NCBI RefSeq assembly: GCF_001194135.2
Contig: NC_068988.1
Span: 72,453,422-72,509,786, forward strand
Source of the DNA: Octopus bimaculoides
Lineage: Eukaryota
Length of the DNA stretch: 56,365 nucleotides
Reading direction: 5' to 3'
The position numbers were made by a program, and so were the translations under genes. Below the pieces are notes generated by a model. The model was not told the DNA's origin, searched no databases, and worked only from the letters and a program-made list of their open reading frames with translations. Below are positions 51,392-56,365 of this stretch, one piece after another; position 1 is the stretch's first letter, and each line of letters opens with the position of its first letter.

Positions 51392-52716
51392 TATCTTCTT
51401 TTATGAATTAACAAATATATACTCTTTTATTCTTTTACTTGTTTCAGTCATTTGACTGTGACCATGCTGGAGCATCGCCTTTAGTCGAGCAAATCGACCC
51501 CAGAGCTTATTCTTTGTAAGCCCAGTACTTATTCTATCGGTCTCTTTTGACGAATCGCTAATGCTACGGGGACGTAAACACACCAGCATTGGTTGTCAAG
51601 CGATGTTGGGGAGACAAACACAGACACACAAACATACACACACGTCCGGCGTGGTGGCGGCCTGAGCTTTGGTCTGTNNNNNNNNNNNNNNNNNNNNNNN
51701 NNNNNNNNNNNNNNNNNNNNNNNNNNNNNNNNNNNNNNNNNNNNNNNNNNNNNNNNNNNNNNNNNNNNNNNNNNNNNNNNNNNNNNNNNNNNNNNNNNNN
51801 NNNNNNNNNNNNNNNNNNNNNNNNNNNNNNNNNNNNNNNNNNNNNNNNNNNNNNNNNNNNNNNNNNNNNNNNNNNNNNNNNNNNNNNNNNNNNNNNNNNN
51901 NNNNNNNNNNNNNNNNNNNNNNNNNNNNNNNNNNNNNNNNNNNNNNNNNNNNNNNNNNNNNNNNNNNNNNNNNNNNNNNNNNNNNNNNNNNNNNNNNNNN
52001 NNNNNNNNNNNNNNNNNNNNNNNNNNNNNNNNNNNNNNNNNNNNNNNNNNNNNNNNNNNNNNNNNNNNNNNNNNNNNNNNNNNNNNNNNNNNNNNNNNNN
52101 NNNNNNNNNNNNNNNNNNNNNNNNNNNNNNNNNNNNNNNNNNNNNNNNNNNNNNNNNNNNNNNNNNNNNNNNNNNNNNNNNNNNNNNNNNNNNNNNNNNN
52201 NNNNNNNNNNNNNNNNNNNNNNNNNNNNNNTTTCAGTCTTCTGTGCAGATGTTCAGTTTTTCGTGGTTGATTGTAGCCGCCGACGCAAAACCGCGACTTC
52301 CTCTGTTCAATGTTTTTTGGTATTTTTCGCTTGGGTGACTAGTGTTAGTAGCTTTCGGGTTTGTGATAATAGTATTAACTTTTGAAACAGCTGGGTTCTC
52401 CTCCTTTCTCTCTCCACAAGGAAGAGGCGGGAATTCCTCTTCATAACCTTCCGATAGGGAGGCGCAGTCCTTCCTCAGCTTGGTTTCCATGTTGTCAAAC
52501 GATATTTGAGTTTCGAAAACAAATGTTGGATTTTCCATCATACTCATGGGGTGGCAATTCGCCTCCAAAACGGCAAATTTTCAAGTTTGGTGAACTTTAA
52601 CCGTCAAGCGGGTTCCGTTTCACAAAGGTGCAAGAGTACAAGAAATTCACAAATTACAATTCGAACAACCAAGTAAAACACAGGGCAGGAAATAACACGT
52701 CCGTTCGCGAGAAATT

Positions 52717-54935
52717 TGTTTGTTCTTTTATTCACCATAAAAGGCTAATACACAGAAGGCACAATATAGAACAGACAAAACATGGGGGTCAGAATAACGC
52801 ATGGATAATGAAAGAGTTGAAATGATGAAAATGGAGTGATGGATACGGGGACCCCGACAAACCACGCATAATCACTGGTTTTCCTTTAGAATCACTGGTA
52901 GTTACGTTCAAGTCATCTCACTAACACATGTAACAAGGCATACACTCTTCATTCACAAATCAAGACAGACAAAATGGGTTGGGGCAACATATCTTTAGAT
53001 AGCATGTAACAATTGATGAAAAAGTAATGTCGCATTGTCTTTTGAGTTCGCTGGTGTTCGGGTGTGAAGGGGCTAAATATGGGGTAACACGTGAATTTCT
53101 GTATATATGTTTAGCTAGGGTGTTTTTTCTCCCCGGTGTTTCTGGCGGTGATATGTCTTGTATGAATGGATTATATGTGACTTAGTTTGGAAAAAATGAG
53201 TAGGATGTTTGTGGTTTGTGTGTGCATGTTGTGGATATGGGTTTTTGGTTGACTTTGGTGGTCTTTCTTGTGTGCGAGGGGGGGAGGTTACCTTTCCTTT
53301 TTCGTCTCTTTTTGACCATTGTCCGTCCGTCGTCACTCTCCTTGAACAAGGTTGGTGGTGGTTCCTTNNNNNNNNNNNNNNNNNNNNNNNNNNNNNNNNN
53401 NNNNNNNNNNNNNNNNNNNNNNNNNNNNNNNNNNNNNNNNNNNNNNNNNNNNNNNNNNNNNNNNNNNNNNNNNNNNNNNNNNNNNNNNNNNNNNNNNNNN
53501 NNNNNNNNNNNNNNNNNNNNNNNNNNNNNNNNNNNNNNNNNNNNNNNNNNNNNNNNNNNNNNNNNNNNNNNNNNNNNNNNNNNNNNNNNNNNNNNNNNNN
53601 NNNNNNNNNNNNNNNNNNNNNNNNNNNNNNNNNNNNNNNNNNNNNNNNNNNNNNNNNNNNNNNNNNNNNNNNNNNNNNNNNNNNNNNNNNNNNNNNNNNN
53701 NNNNNNNNNNNNNNNNNNNNNNNNNNNNNNNNNNNNNNNNNNNNNNNNNNNNNNNNNNNNNNNNNNNNTGTGGTGGGTTGATAGGTTGTTCTGTCGCGGT
53801 GCTGGTTGGCTCCCTCTTGCTTTCTTTCGGGTCGTCGGACTGTGGTGGGTTACTAGGTGGAGGGTGTGCTTCTGGTTGTAGGATCTGTGGACACGTGGTT
53901 TTTATGTGGCTCTTTTGCCCACACTTAAAGCACCTTGGACTTCTTCCTTCCACCATGACTCTTAGTGTGGTCTCGTCCGGAAGTATTATTTGCTCTGGTA
54001 TTTCTTCCAAGTCTCTCTGGGTGGCCTGGATTATTAGCTCCAGACCTTGGCCCCACTAGTTCTGCTGGTGCAGCCTGGTGGCCTGAAGGATAGTGACTCT
54101 ATCTTCTAGCTACAGCAGCACGGCCGCCACCAGCCACACCACATGAATTTCTGATGGGACCTCCTCTATCCTTATTTTCGATGTTCGCCTTCCAAGGTAA
54201 GCCGACAGTAACACCAGATCTGCCGACTTTAAGGGAGACGTAGAGTGTTCTTTTGCCTCCTCTTCGGAAGCGAATTTCACCTCTACTGTACCAAAGCGCC
54301 TTCCTCTATTTACGTATTTTATATCGCACCAAATTGGTAGTAGGCACTTTTCGATGGCAACCTTAGATGCCATCTCTATCTTTTTTGCTATCAGGGACAG
54401 CGTACTATAAACTATCGTTTTGTGTTTTGTGTTTTATATCACTTCTGGGAGAGTCAGTTTCATATTCGCTCCCCCCATCACTCTGCAATAAGCTTTTATA
54501 TTTTTCGAGGTCGCCCGGGTCGACTTGCACTGTTTCACCTGTGATACCGGCCACGGACGCGTAGTTCATTTTTCTATAACCATTCTATTTAAATTCAGAG
54601 GACGGTTTTATCATTCTCTAGTATGTTTTTCTCTTCCTTCATTTGGCAAAATGGGAGGGAGGGTAACATTTGTTTGCACAATTACTCCAAGGAGTAGTCT
54701 GGAATTACATATTGGGAGGCGTCAACTTCCCATGTTGAACTGGTTGTGTAAGAAAACTTACCACAAAGGAAAACAGTTTGCCTCTAAGCAGGGGGATTTC
54801 GCACAAAAAAACGAGCCTGCGAAAGCAGGCAATGTATCCAAAAGACACAGAAAACAGCAAAAGTTGTATAATAGTTTTTTAAAAAACAGTAATCTCAAAA
54901 GGGAAAACCTACAATTAAATGAGTGCCACAGAAAC
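52717..54935 (-). mobile_element. Tx1/L1-like element carrying only a disrupted ORF1 (RRM-like region plus CCHC knuckle)
   Basis: KTIVYSTLSL...FGTVEVKF...EGRSPRCFKCGQKSHIKTTC with in-frame stops; AATAAA plus A-rich tail; 22-bp direct repeats at 52695-52716 and 54936-54957. Confidence 0.7.
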
Positions 54936-55069
54936 ACACGTCCATTCGCGAGAAATTGACGAATCATTATACATCGTCTAACGACAGGAAAGTCCATGAT
55001 AATAAGTCTAGTCCACGCTAGATATGAAACCAATGGAATTTCTCTAAAACTGTTACTTTACACATATAA

Positions 55070-55106
<37 letters not shown>

Positions 55107-55242
55107 NNNNNNNNNNNNNNNNNNNNNNNNNNNNNNNNNNNNNNNNNNNNNNNNNNNNNNNNNNNNNNNNNNNNNNNNNNNNNNNNNNNNNNNNNNNNNN
55201 NNNNNNNNNNNNNNNNNNNNNNNNNNNNNNNNNNNNNNNNNN

Positions 55243-55257
55243 ACGCTCTTCCGATCT
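55243..55257 (+). other. Illumina adapter remnant at contig edge
   Basis: ACGCTCTTCCGATCT directly after an N gap. Confidence 0.9.
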
Positions 55258-55621
55258 TATGTAAGTATATTTGTATGTGCGTATGTGTGTATGTATGTGT
55301 GTGTGTGTGCGTGCGTGCGTGCATCCGTGTGTGCGTGCGTGTGTGTGCATACATATATACACATATATATGCATGTATGTGTATGTATGTATGTATGTAT
55401 GTATGTATACACGTAAGTGTGCGTGTGGAAAGAGAGAGAGAGAGAGGGAGGGGAAATGATACAAAGCATATCTACTCAATATAAGAGCTCGATTAATAAC
55501 TAAATAGGAATGAGTTGGCGTCGGGATAAATTTGCTAAAATGGTTTTGTATGTGTGGTTTGTTGTGTATATGTGTGTGTGTGTGTGTATATGTATGTATG
55601 TGTTCGTAAGGGGGGTGTATG

Positions 55622-55669
<48 letters not shown>

Positions 55670-56246
55670 CTCTATGATGTGTGTGTGAACTATGATGTTA
55701 TTTGAAGACCAAAGTTAGTGACGTTAAAGATATCTGTCAAGGGAAGTAAGTCAAGAGTAAAAAAATTGAGTTATTTCCCTTCCTTCATAATCGCTTCATC
55801 TATATTTAATTGATCAGATGTTTATGATATGTACGTAGTTGTAAAAATAGTACATTGGTATGTTTTTATCAAAACCTTTTCTTCTGATTTCTAACTTTGT
55901 GAAATATGTTACTAAGTAGATTATTTAGGAAAATTTGGTTGTATTAAATAGTAGGATGCGTAGTTTATGGGGTGATGTACACCAAGCTGATATTTATAAA
56001 GGATTGTTGGAAACCATTTAGGGATGAAATGTCAGTGAATGAACTTCTGAGTCCTTCTGCGTTTCTCACTGTTGCTGTCATCAGATTGTTATTAATGTGC
56101 TTGGCGGCATTTCTTGCAGCTTTAATTTCAGAGTTCGAAGTCCGCCGAGGTTGACTATGCCTTTCATCTTCTAGAAGTCGATGAAATGAGTTCCAGTCGC
56201 TCACTGCCCTTCCCAAAATTTCAGGCCCTGTGCCTATATCAGAAAG

Positions 56247-56247
56247 A

Positions 56248-56310
<63 letters not shown>

Positions 56311-56328
56311 TTTGTTGTTGTTGTTGTT
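56247..56328 (+). repeat. (TTA)n/(TTG)n microsatellite after SINE tail
   Basis: Direct reading. Confidence 0.9.
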
Positions 56329-56365
56329 CAGTAGTTTTATTTTTATAACGTGCTTTCACTTCACT

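Noticed and set aside
26922-55484. Many long ORFs made of X, CV, YI, TH or MYVC repeats
   Set aside because: Artefacts of N gaps and microsatellites.

Overview
AT-rich, microsatellite-dense animal genomic DNA with many N gaps. The repeat families suggest an Octopus draft assembly; this is an inference from recalled SINE/LINE families. The whole window is spanned by one minus-strand integrin beta-family gene, which I assembled by hand from splice signals because the ORF track shows only fragments of it. The chain runs: signal-peptide exon (ATG 49990), about 9-10 symmetric phase-1 exons encoding a ~250-290 aa Ser/Thr/Pro/Glu-rich mucin-like extension, PSI exons (15327-13936), hybrid exons, then betaI-domain exons down to 2073; the rest of the gene was not found (gap or off-window). 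The betaI domain is atypical: the MIDAS reads DCSVT, the ADMIDAS Asp-Asp is replaced by Gly-His, the SyMBS Asn is Ser, and the disulfide specificity-determining loop is absent. Introns hold decayed mobile elements: R4/Dong-like LINEs in (TAA)n arrays, CR1 fragments, Penelope-like elements whose tRNA-headed terminal repeat carries a hammerhead ribozyme motif, an apparently ORF1-only Tx1/L1-like element, a full-length maT/Tc1-mariner remnant, a piggyBac-type MITE, Helitron ends and many tRNA-SINEs. All exon calls come from sequence reading alone, with no transcript evidence.
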